Shown piece after piece: positions 1-11,943 of a stretch of 64,000 nucleotides of DNA. Each line of letters opens with the position of its first letter. The stretch's first letter is position 1. Below the pieces are notes generated by a model that was not told where the DNA came from, ran no database searches, and saw nothing but the letters and a program-made list of their open reading frames with translations. A program made the translations under genes and the position numbers. Source of the stretch: Chrysomallon squamiferum (taxonomy: Eukaryota > Animalia > Mollusca); contig CM022679.1 of NCBI GenBank assembly GCA_012295275.1, positions 12,214,001-12,278,000 on the forward strand, in the 5' to 3' direction.

Positions 1-279
1 TATTTTGTTTCATAATTACTAAGAGATATCCAGAATGCTGAAGAAAGAAATTCCCTCTATCATTACAAAATCATATTGTGTTAATTTAAAAACATGTTCA
101 TGTGTTGCAAAATCAATATGATTATTTAGTCATTCTTTCATTTTTATTATTTGTGAAGCTTTGTTTATGATCTTTTTGTTAAAAAATGAAATGTATTAAA
201 AAAAGTTAATTTAAAAAGATTAATTACTAAATTAAAATAGCCACAATCTAATTAATATTTATTTTCTGTTAACATCCAG

Positions 280-384
280 CTGGCAAAAAGTGTCACCATG
301 GATCCACTGTTAATTACACAGGACCATTTTTTCAGAGCAATAAAAAAATTTATTTCATTCCGATCAGCGAAGATGGGCAAGAAA
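280..384 (+). CDS. Internal coding exon (phase 1-1) of the left-edge + strand gene; the 5' part probably lies outside the window
   Basis: Acceptor ttctgttaacatccag|CT and donor GAAA|gtaggt. 105 nt, open frame GKKCHHGSTVNYTGPFFQSNKKIYFIPISEDGQE, joining in phase with exon 733-904. Confidence 0.6.
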
Positions 385-732
385 GTAGGTTCAAAAATGG
401 ATGGTGAGCAAAATTGAACATTTTAAATACTTAGTTTAGAATGCCATTTGTAGGAATATATTTTGATCAAAATGTTTTTAAGATTTTGTATGTTATTTGT
501 ATGTACTAATATTAGAAATAGTAATTAACAGTGATTATAGGTTAGATATATTGAAAAGCGGGATAATATTGATAATAAGAACAAGTTAAAAAAGGATAAA
601 TTATCAGGTAAATAAAAATTTATATAAATTGAAACCAACTAATGTTGTACTACACCATTTCTTGGAACTGAATGTTTTGGGGTTTAAATGTATTTGCACG
701 CATTTATTATTTTTTTAAATTTAATTTTGTAG

Positions 733-904
733 AAATGACAGACGAGGATAGTACAACCAAAAGTAATGATGAAATGCCAATCCAGATCCTTCATTATTAT
801 GAAAGAATGCGTTATCGTATTCGAAATCGTATCTCAACACCAAAAGTAGAATTAGAAAAACTTCAAACTGAAAAACAAGATATGTTCTTAATTATCTGGT
901 CATT
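733..904 (+). CDS. Coding exon (phase 1-2) of the left-edge gene
   Basis: Acceptor ttttgtag|AA and donor TT|gtgagt. Encodes (K)MTDEDSTTKSNDEMPIQILHYYERMRYRIRNRISTPKVELEKLQTEKQDMFLIIWS(L). Lies within ORF 672..908. Confidence 0.7.
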
Positions 905-1379
905 GTGAGTAATGATTTATTAACACTTCAATAATTTATGATAAAAAATGTTTTCTTGAAAAGGTAATCTGATTCAAGAGAAAATACAATTTACCCATTT
1001 GAGTGTTAAAATGTTTTCTTTTTACAACCAAATGCGAATTTAATTGTATTGTCTTTTTAGTCATGTATGATTCTCTTATGTTTTCTTATTGTTTAAATAC
1101 CCTTTTTTAATTCCTCCCCACTCTTCTTTGAATAATTATTTACGTGATTTTTGTGATTGTATTTTCATTGTACATACATTTTATATATCTGGTTCTGAAC
1201 TGAACAAGTTCTTTAGACCAGATGACTTTATAGCATCTAGATAACCCAGCAAAATTAAATAATGCACTACAACAGAGCTACATTGCACATCAGTTGAATG
1301 AAGGGAGTAATTTGAATAGGTGAAATTGTAATGACAATCATTTGTATTAATTATTTTGACATATTATATGTTCATTCAG

Positions 1380-1635
1380 GTTCAAAGAAATGTTTCAAGA
1401 ACATGGAATCAATCTTAACACGCCAGTTTTGAAAAAAGATAGAAAAGCATGTAAAAGGAAAAAATCATCAGTTTTAGGCTTTGAGTTACCAAAACTATTA
1501 GTGGACAGGCGTTCAACAGTTCCTTCAGTGACAGCCATAGCTCCTGATTTTATGGGAATTGTTGGGAAAAAAATTGGAGAGGCAACATGGAAACCTTCTG
1601 TAAGACTTCGTTTTATGACTTCAAGTATCATGTAA
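1380..1635 (+). CDS. Probable last coding exon of the left-edge gene; weak similarity to the pre-GAP segment of ARHGAP18/28/40 (conundrum)- or ARHGAP11-type RhoGAPs
   Basis: Acceptor ttcattcag|G. The phase-2 join gives LFKEMFQEHGINLNTPVLKKDRKACKRKKSSVLGFELPKLLVDRRSTVPSVTAIAPDFM...IM*. The pattern GI.L...K/R-rich...V.G..L..LL....VP...P.F is recalled from RhoGAP N-flanks; not searched. A possible internal donor TCT|gtaaga lies near 1599. Confidence 0.55.
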
Positions 1636-1719
1636 TGCATTGTAAAAACATCAGAAAAATAGTTTGTGTTTTTAGACAATATAAAAAAAAAGGAAATGAA
1701 ACAAATGATATAATTATAG

Positions 1720-3113
1720 TACACTATGGATTTTCATATTTCCCAACATTCAGTTACATGTAACTTAATTGCTTTTAAAATTTATATATATATATCTGTA
1801 TGTGGATTTGTATGCCCTTTTTCCAATCATCTACAGAACTTACTGAATGTTTTGTTATATTTCTAAAAAAAGATTTATAATGAACTGTGGTGTTATTTCA
1901 GAACTCCACAGTAAAAATGTCAACAAAATCATCTGTTGTTACTCCAGTGATTTTAACCCTAGATGTTAATTCAAAGAAACTAATAACAAGGTAAGCATTC
2001 TTTGTAAACAGAGCCAAACAAAATTACATTTGTCAGGTAGATGAAGACATCTGCACTAAGAAGAAAGGTAAAGATAAAATTTGATAATAAATGTTGAAAA
2101 CATCCACATACACATACATACGCGCGCACACACACACACACGAACTGAAGGCCAGAAGTCACTTCACCACTTTCAAACCAAAAACATCCTGACACCCAAA
2201 CAATGTGAGTGAGTGAGCCTTGAGAATAGTACTGTTGGGAACTATCTGTGCCCAAAACACAATAACATTCAACTGCTGCCCTATTGCTGTAATTAACTTG
2301 TTGCAACATTAAAGGTGGATGAGGCAGAGATCAGACAGGTAATAACAGACAGATTTATGATAACCAGTACTTGCAAACGTCACATTTCTGATATTACTTA
2401 CAACTGAAATTTTCCATGTGTTTTAAATGTTGTCCATGTTAAAAGTTTGATTTTGTACTCCACATTACTTTGAGCAACTCTGATCTCAATGTCAGATGAT
2501 GTATGGTTATCATTTTTAATGTTGATAATGTTTAGTTTTTGGTATTTTCAATACATTTTACATCATAAATACATAATGTTTTTAAACCAGAGTTATTTAT
2601 AACTATGGTAAAGTTTCTTTTGGCCTTAGGTTATATACACCGTTGAGTATGTGTGCATGCATTTGTGAGCAAAACACTGATATACTACAAACATGCACAT
2701 CATACCACAGAAACAACCAAATGCAAAATTTCTTAAATATCATATACAGATATTTATTTGGAACACAATTTAGTTGAAATTTAGAAAACAAAAAATAATA
2801 ATTAATAAAGAATTAAACTAAAAATGTTTACTTTATACCAGATATTTTAACATTTTTCATTTTCTCTTTACACTATGGATTTTCATATTTCCCACTTTCA
2901 ATTACATGTAACTTAATTAATTGCTTTTAAAATTTATATATATATCTACATCTGTATGTGGATTTGTATGCCCTTTTTCCAATCATCTACAGAACTTACT
3001 GAATGATTTGTTATGTTTCTAAAAAAAGATTTATAATGAATTGTGGTGTTATTTCAGAACTCCACAGTAAAAATGTCAACAAAATCATCTGTTGTTACTC
3101 CAATGATTTTAAC
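1720..3113. repeat. Local ~240-bp direct duplication (copy 1 1720-1957, copy 2 2869-3113)
   Basis: Both copies run tacactatggattttcatatttccc...ctgtatgtggatttgtatgccctttttccaatcatctacagaacttactgaatg...catctgttgttactcca.tgattttaac, with few differences. Confidence 0.95.
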
Positions 3114-3734
3114 ATTTTTCATTTTTCTCTTTGCACATCAGGAAATCATACTTTGACACTTACTACAGAGTTCGACAAGATGCAAGTGCAAAAAAAGGTT
3201 TTACTGACCAAAGAAAAATGTTCAAATTAAGAAATCATTAATAATAGTAAACATGTTTTTACTTAATGCCAATTAACATTTCTTTTTTTTTTTTACTGTT
3301 ACAAAAATCATCAGATGTTTTATTTAATGCCACATGAACTTCATCTTTATAAGGATGTGTGTGTGTGTGTGTGTGTGTGTATTTTCATTTTCAAAATATC
3401 ACTCATTTTTACTGACTTTTATATTTTACACATTACTTTGATATTATATAACCCTGCAAAATAATTTTTAATTCATCTCCTTTTTATAAATGTATAATTA
3501 TACCCAAAAGCTAGTTTTAAATTTTACATCAATGTATCAACATTGCACTGTTTGCATGATTTTCAACAGAAATATTTGTTATATATTTTGAATGATATAC
3601 TGCTACGAATAAACAATAAAGGAATATAATCCTTCAGAAGTTTTCTTTCTTGTTGTGTTTATGTAAAACATTTAATACTTCACGATGTGTAGATGACCAC
3701 AAACCAGATCAGTTCTAAAATAAGAAATGAATCA

Positions 3735-4030
3735 ATTAAAGGTTAATGACACCCCAGCATGAAAAATATGTGGGCTGTCGAGTGTAAAGCTGTGGTAATG
3801 AAAAAAACTGAATAAAAATTCAACAGTTAAATTAAAACACAGTGTAAAGAACTGTGCAAAAATACAAATAAGTTTAAAATTTACAGTAAAGTGCAGTATC
3901 ATGTTCAAGGTGTCAAGTAAAGTATGGATGGAAATGAAAGGATTCCATCACATTTTGTGGTCTAAATATTCTTTTAGTTTCTCTCAGATGGTTACAGTCC
4001 AACGAAATGTGGTATACCATCAGAGTACTA
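3735..4030 (-). mobile_element. Decayed 3' end of an I-group-like LINE (end of ORF2 plus 3' UTR)
   Basis: The minus-strand peptide STLMVYHISLDCNHLRETKRIFRPQNVMESFHFHP resembles the TLTVxHILxxC...FxFHP C-terminus of I/Nimb-type LINE ORF2. The adjacent gacaccccagcatgaaaaata...gtgtaaagaactgtgcaaaaatacaaat resembles a mollusc LINE tail recalled from memory; not searched. Confidence 0.55.
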
Positions 4031-5311
4031 AAATAAGGAAACCCTAGTGTTACCCATCTGAATCTGAAGTTAAATTTACAAGAGCAAGTTACTTGCTTGT
4101 TGTAATAATCCGTTCTCTTGAGGTGACGTCTTTTGAAGTTACATTTAAACAAATATAATAAATTATTTAAACAATGTTTTTTATTTTTTACCTTTATTTT
4201 CTCTTTCAGGAGCACATGTATGTTCTTGCACCTAATCATGCATGCCTACATTAACTAACAGTCTGATGTTATCTATCCATCTTGTGGTGGTGCGCACATG
4301 CACACACACAGGCACACACATGCACATGCACACACACTAGTGAGATCATATTACATTCAAAAGCTACCAATTGAGAGGAAAAAAAAGATTGTGTGTGTGT
4401 TTATATATAAGAAGGAAAAACCACACCATTGATATACATGTATGTATATATATATATAGATATATATGCTTTATTTTGACCATGAGTACAAAACATAAGT
4501 ATGAAAACCTTTTTCATGCAGTTCTGCATTGGAAGAACAAATACTTTAATAAAATTATTTTATACTTTTGATTATAGTGGAAGCAATGATAACACAAAAA
4601 CATGCCACATGAATATTCCAATAATATGTACAAAATTAACAATGTTAATATGTTCCAGCATATAATGGGACTGCCATTTTAAGAGACCCATGTTTTAATG
4701 TTTTTCAAACAACTATATCTCTCAATTAAATAAAATTTTATACAGAGTGATAAGTAGAAGTAACAAATTACATACTTGACTAATTATTTAAACCTTGAAC
4801 TTTTGTACCTTAAATCATTATTAACATGCAATATCAAAATGCCAGTTAAAATGCTAACCATAGAATTACTGAGGTAGTCAATTAAAAGTCTTAATACTGC
4901 ACAAAAACAAACTGAGGGTAATGATGAAGAGTAACGATGTATTTTAAAAACTTAAATAACATCTGTATCAAATCTGTGTTCATATGCTAATTTTATTTAC
5001 AAAATGGAAATTAAAGTACTTTTGTCCGGTATTAAATGCTTTTAAATTACAATAATTATTACAGTAGCAGTTGTCTGTCTGCAGTAAATAATATTTTACT
5101 GTACAGTGTCAAGTATAGTAAATACAAGCGATATGCAGAATAAAACATACATAAGTAAATATTCTTTGTGTGATCATTGGACTAGAGTGGAATCTATCTG
5201 TGAATACGTATTTAAAGCACAAACCACAATTCTCTACTCTAATTTATAAACAACTGGAATAATGGTATATCATAATGATGTACATGTTATTGTATAAAAT
5301 ATATTTCAGAT

Positions 5312-5354
<43 letters not shown>

Positions 5355-6327
5355 TCTCTATTAGCCAGGATTAATAATTTGGTCTTATTATTTTTATTTT
5401 TAATAAAGAATATTTACTTTATTAGTAACTGAAGCATTTGTGACCTTATCTTTCATATTTTTATACAATTTAGAATAATACAGTGAAAATAAAATTAACA
5501 TGATGCTATAAACATTTTTAAACAATATGTATATACCATAATTTATTAACTAGAAAATAATGTTTTAGTAAATTATTTCCCTTTGCTTAGAAGTATTTTT
5601 TTCCCAATTTTTTTTTTTTTTTTTTAAATCATTTAATAATAATGAAAGAACATTCAATGGCCTCAAAAATATCGATTAATTTCAGATGAAAACAGGAAAA
5701 ACAGAATATTGTATGTGTAGTTGAACAGTGAATTAAAAGCTCAGAATAAAAAACAAGAAACTGATATTTAATTTAAAAAAATACAATTACTTAAAATATA
5801 TTTAAAAATAAAAGCCGATATTATTCCAATTAAGAGTGAAAAATAATACAATTTCATTTAAATAAGGTATAGAATCATCAAATTAAAAAAGCTCAAATAA
5901 TTATGACTGTCATTCCCATTGTCGTAATTAGGTAAAAAGCGATTTATTTTTTATTTTTAACATTATTTTTAAATTCTCTACATTTAAAATACAATTTCTG
6001 TTATTATTTCAATCAAACTCGTTAAGTCCGTTTATACAAAAATTGAACAAAATGGAACATAATGGAACAAAATGTCAACTTCTGTGCCTATTTATTCTTG
6101 TGCCACGTTCCGCACATGCGTACTTATGTTATAAGGAGTCGGAACTCTTTTGTCTGATTTTCTGCCTTCTAATTCAGGTAATTTTATCCTATGGCAGAAC
6201 CTTCATGTATATAGTTCTAGAGACATCTGCCCTAATGACCTACAATTAGATCATAGTCTCCTCTCGGAACGAGAATCTTCTGTATAAGAGCACCAGCAGC
6301 ATCCATCATCCTGCTCTTCTCAGAAAA

Positions 6328-6335
6328 TTAGTATC
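6328..6335 (-). CDS. Gene A terminal exon, coding part (G-Y-stop), followed by 3' UTR
   Basis: Acceptor atttcaatttgcag|GA TAC TAA. GC-richer UTR-like sequence runs to ~6040, with AATAAA signals on the - strand near 5943-5955. Least certain exon because it is so short. Confidence 0.55.
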
Positions 6336-6427
6336 CTGCAAATTGAAATGATAATATTATTGTTAGAAAAATGTACCAATACATAATCGTCTTTTAACAA
6401 AATTAACAATACGTTATTTATAACAGC

Positions 6428-6459
<32 letters not shown>

Positions 6460-6912
6460 TTATTACTATTATTATATTATTTTTTTTTTTTTTTTTAACT
6501 GGTGTCATATTTTAAGGGTGTCTGAATGGTATCTTTATCAAAGCCAGTAAAATATGCAGCAAAATTATAATGTAAAAGCTATAAAATAAATTTCGTCGCT
6601 ATATTCAGCAATGAGTGTTCTGAACAGATTTTCACTAAACGATTACAAACTGATAAACCTGCTATTTGTAGCAATAATGTCTTGTTTAGACCGTCACATT
6701 TAAAAAAATAAATATTTCGATAAATATTATGTGCATTTAATAACTTTGAATATGCATCGCAGCAGAAACTTTTGGGTTGAACATTCCTTTAAGGATTTGT
6801 TAAAGCAATAAACTAACTGTACTGAATGTAACATACATTTAAGCACAGTTCTTTATCATAATGCCTATTCAGACGATATACGCCATATGCAAAGTTTATT
6901 CACTCGCAGTTA

Positions 6913-6949
<37 letters not shown>

Positions 6950-7936
6950 TCCTTTATTATATTAATATTTCTTAAATGATTATTTAATTTGTTATTATTA
7001 TTATCCTTTTTTTAAAAAAATATTATTGTATTACTTTTTTTTTTTTTTTTTTTTATGAACGAGATCACTTAACCTCAGAAGACAAAGCACTTTCTTGCTA
7101 AGAGCGCGTGGAACAATATATACGATTAACAATAATAAATCAAACGTGTTTCAGTTCAGTCCTTTTCTTGTTACTTGCACTATTTGTTTTCTTTCTTTCC
7201 TGTTTTTTTTTTTTTTTTTTTTTTTATTTTTTTTTTTTTTTTTTTTGTAACTGGTTACGCGTTCATTAAGTATTTATTTTTAAACCGTTTCCGACACGGC
7301 TACCGTAGGAGTTTCTTTCAGAAACAGCTAACTGAATAATCTACGTTTTCCTTTGAAGAAGTACCTTATATTCTTATATATGTATTTATTATTTGTTTTT
7401 CATTCTGGTTTCATTTGTACAGACATGTTCTATAAAAGCAATTCTTTTATATTTTATAATATGGCCCTTTAAAAAAAAAAAGAACAAAAAGGCCACAAAA
7501 TCTACAATTCTATATAAAAAAAATAAAAAAATAAAATCTTTTTTTTTTTTCTTTTTTTGTATGTTGTTCGTATTTTCTAATCATTCGAAATAAAAATAAA
7601 GTACAAAACAACAAATTAAAAAGAATGACAAAATAACGCACTTAAATATAAATTATATACATATGTACATATAACAATGACTGTCACTAACTTGGATGCC
7701 AAACGATACGACTTTACGCTCCTGCTTATAGCATCACAGTTTAAAACATCTAAATTGTAACAATTTTCATTATATTGTTACGAGATTTGTAGATATTCTT
7801 GTTCGTAACAACGCCCTTTAAGACTATGCCACAGGAACAGAACAACGTAACTAACTGACCTAGATAATTTGTCTTTGGCCATTTTAGTAGTTATGTAGAT
7901 GTGCAACGAGGCATTTCTCTTAGCTGAAATACGACC

Positions 7937-7997
<61 letters not shown>

Positions 7998-8578
7998 AAA
8001 AATTACGAAAAGAACCACACCCAGTTTCTGGTTAATTGCAAACCAGATGAATTTATCTCCCTTAGTAGATGGCTTTAATGGTAATCAAGAAAACTACGAT
8101 GGATAATGTTAAATACATCCCTAAAAGCTACGTTTTTGATAGGTCAGGTGATACTGTGACTTACAAATATTTGAAATACTTGTATATGCAACCTCTTGTG
8201 TTTACTATATAACGAGTTCAGTCATGCGCAGAAGAATATATTCGCCTATATCCATGACAGTTAAAATTACTACCGGATTTTATCACCTTTACAGAGAAGG
8301 TAAATATTTGTCGATGTAGGGATAGGTAAATGCCACGAACCTCTGTCAACGTTTTTACGATATGATATTAATGGTTTTGTTACAAAAGGAACAACGAACT
8401 GAAATCTATATGTACAAAAGGGATTGAAAAAACAACAAAAAAGAAACAATAATAAAAAAAAAATACTGCGTATTTATCTAGTACTGGGTATGTTATTTAC
8501 CACGGCAAACTCACAATAAAGTTAACAGCTTTTTTTTTCTTTCTTTCTTCATTATTTATATATTTATTTATTTGTTTG

Positions 8579-8621
<43 letters not shown>

Positions 8622-8662
8622 GAATGTCACTATTACAGTGAATAAAATAGATAATCAAAAGA

Positions 8663-8702
<40 letters not shown>

Positions 8703-9838
8703 CCCCAAAATACAGCGAAATCGGTATCATTCCTTTTTTTTTCTCAGCTGTCCAATCACACAAATACAGACATCTATTCATCACAGAAGCAGACAGTAAC
8801 TGGCTTAATTAAATCAGATAATTTTTGACAGCTGTTATAAACTGTTTTCCGTATTTTTTCTTACCTGCAAAACCTGATTCTGGTGTGGGAGATGTTGGTG
8901 GGCTTTCCACTGTTTCGTCGTCAGAAAGGTAGTGGTCCAGAAATTGAAAAGCTTCAGCTGTTATGTTTTTACCTAGAAGTAATAATAATAATAATAACAA
9001 CAACAACAACAACAAATACAACATAAAACAAAATATATCACGAAGAAGAGATAATTGTGATAAATAAAGATGTTCATTACATATATCGAATGATAACCGA
9101 CACTCACAAAAATATCGGTATAAAAAAAAAAAAAAAAAAAAAAAGACAGGATCTAGAAACTAGATAACAAAGCAATTTAATATAGCTGCTATGACAAGTT
9201 TTATTGCATTCTTTTATTCACCAGATTGGAAGATAACAAGTTCAAATTGTGTAGATTTCTCTCCCCTCTTTCTTTTTTATTTATTTATTTATTTTTATTT
9301 TTGTTTTATACATTACTAAAACTTAATAACGTTTTTATTTACATTTTTTATTTCAACTGCTTAATTTCGTTTCCCTGAATATTAATGAACTCCCGCCTCG
9401 ACTTGCATTTATTCATACCCCCTTTTAATGCATATCGCTGCCTCAAAAGATTGAAATCATGACTCAAGGTAAATGTTGCATATTTTATTGCTTAAATGTA
9501 TTGTATTATAGACATAGTTGTCTCATGGACTGTCTGCCAGCTTCGACATGACTATTATTTATTATTATTAACATCTTTTCCTTTTGTCAAAAACATAATT
9601 TCTTAAATAAATTAATTTTTGGTTTAAAGGGGTGTCAATCAATATAAAACAACAATTTGAAAGAAAATTTTAAAATAAAATTAATGGTAAAAGAAAAGTA
9701 AAAACAAAGAAAAAAGAACATCTTGCAAACATCAATATAAATTAATTTGGTTTAGCAACACAATTTAATGAACATTTTCATTTTGAATCAAGTTAAGAGT
9801 GATAATAAAATAATAAAATTATTATTAATAATAATAAC

Positions 9839-9877
<39 letters not shown>

Positions 9878-11894
9878 TAATAAATAAATAAGTAAATAAA
9901 TAAATAAATAAATAATAAAAGTAAAACAGACAAAAGGTTGAAGGTGCCCACCCAAAAAATCAATTTTATTCAATAACTGATTCGTGTTTGTCTAGTATCA
10001 CTGAGCAGGAACAATAGCGGGTGTGGCGAGCTCGGACCAAAGGATTGTCTCGTATTTCCATCTTCATTACATCGAACTTTTATATGAACAAAATTCAGTG
10101 GTCACATGGGATAAGGAACAATTCATGCGATATAATCGTTAATAGATGCATCCGTGCGTGTCGTCCGGTGTAACACGTTGATATGTCGTGTGTTATTACT
10201 TCGCACTATACATATCTATGCTGATTTCACAATGTCATCGTCGTATTTTCATCTAAAACTGATCTATGTGAATGATAAATCTGTTTACAATGATCTATAT
10301 TTAGCTGGCAATCATATTGACTTTATGAATGATTGTTTCAGTGGGGATAAATATAATTAAAAACCTATTAAACAGTTTATTTATAAGACAAAAAAAGAAG
10401 AAAAAAAAGGACCTAAAAATATCCTTCCGGTCCGATCAGTTATCTAGAATGTGAATTACTGCTATTGGCCACGAATCCACTTTAAAAATTACTTCCCTGT
10501 TATAGAATGTCTGTTGAGCCTAGTTGCTGGGTCCACTAACTGAAGATTATAATAGCAAAAGCTTCTCATGTTTTCTGATGTTTTCTAAATCACAAATATC
10601 GGTTCATCTGCCCATGGCTGTGTGGTTGATTATCGAATGAATTTAACATATTCAGCTTTTGATGTAATGTATTGATAACAACGGAAATATATCATAAGAA
10701 AGAACGTAACAGACAGAAAAAGAAAATCACAAAGACAGACTATGGGTACATACATTTATGAATTGACGGATTTCATATAAATATATTAATACTGAATTTA
10801 CTGCAATTTACCTTTTACTCCAAGGTCATCATGACTTTCTTGTGATTGCAATTCTTTGAGTTTGTCAGCCTCTCCGACAGATTCCCCAGTGTCTGCATTG
10901 CGACTCGTCGAAGCAGTTAGTAACTTAGACTCTTTGATTATCTCTTCTGGTTCTGAATACAAAGGCTCCACTGGAAGACTCTTAACTTTGGTTGCGTCTT
11001 TAGATTTTTTCATTTCTTTATCACCTGTTTTTTCAAGAATCATTTCTTCCATTCTTTTGACGATTGGATTTTCCTCGTAGCCGTCAGGCTTGTCGTTGCT
11101 GCTTTTAGCAGGAACTGCGTATACAGAACCTTCGTAAACGTAATGCTGCACCTTAATATCTTCCTCATCCTCTACGACGTATTTTTCATCATCGGTTTTG
11201 TTAATAATTGGTCTTTGTTCTTTTTTTTCTTGCAGCTTCATGCTGTCCGTTGCCACCCGTGTTTCCAAAGCGGCAACAGCAGAAAGGACTTCACCTTTTT
11301 GGTGATGTCTGCCGCTGTCGTTTTTTGATTGACTCGGAACCGATTCCACTTTTTCAGAAGTAGGAGAACCACAGAAAGCCGGGTTATCAAAGCCAGCATT
11401 GGAGAGTGACTCTTTGGAAACTGCCTTCGGTCTAACAGACACGTCTACAGGTCGTTCAACAGACGTCGATTTTTCTTGTTGGACACGATGTTTCTGAAGA
11501 TGTTCGTGAGAATGATGTCTTTCGGAATATCTGGACTGATGTCTGCTCTCGGAATGTCTGTCTGAATATCTCTCGGAATGTCTGTCTGGATTTCTCTCTG
11601 AATACTTGTCCGTGTATTTGTCTGAGGGTCTATCAGGAACGTGGTGCCTCGAACGATGATGTTTGTCTGCACCAATGTCGCTTTGTGATCTTTTAAGTTT
11701 CTTGCCATCTCTGCGATGTCTATCAGCTGAATCTCTTTCCAGAAGTCGAGAGCGAGAATGATTTAGATCTAAGTTAGAAAGTGTTTTAAAATTATATCAA
11801 TATCGATATGAAATTATAATTTCTGATACTGTTTAAACTGATTTTTTTATTATTCAACTATAAATTTATATAAAACATTTTTTCATCATCATCA

Positions 11895-11943
<49 letters not shown>

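Noticed and set aside
10856-11328. + strand ORFs antisense to gene A exon 4 (likewise 50159..50374 and 51056..51238 for gene B)
   Set aside because: Antisense shadows of real coding exons, with no independent splice or start evidence.
11445-11708. 87-aa ORF MARNLKDH... with QTDIPR repeats
   Set aside because: Alternative frame of gene A exon 4. The splice-compatible frame is the one continuous with ORF 10798..11442.
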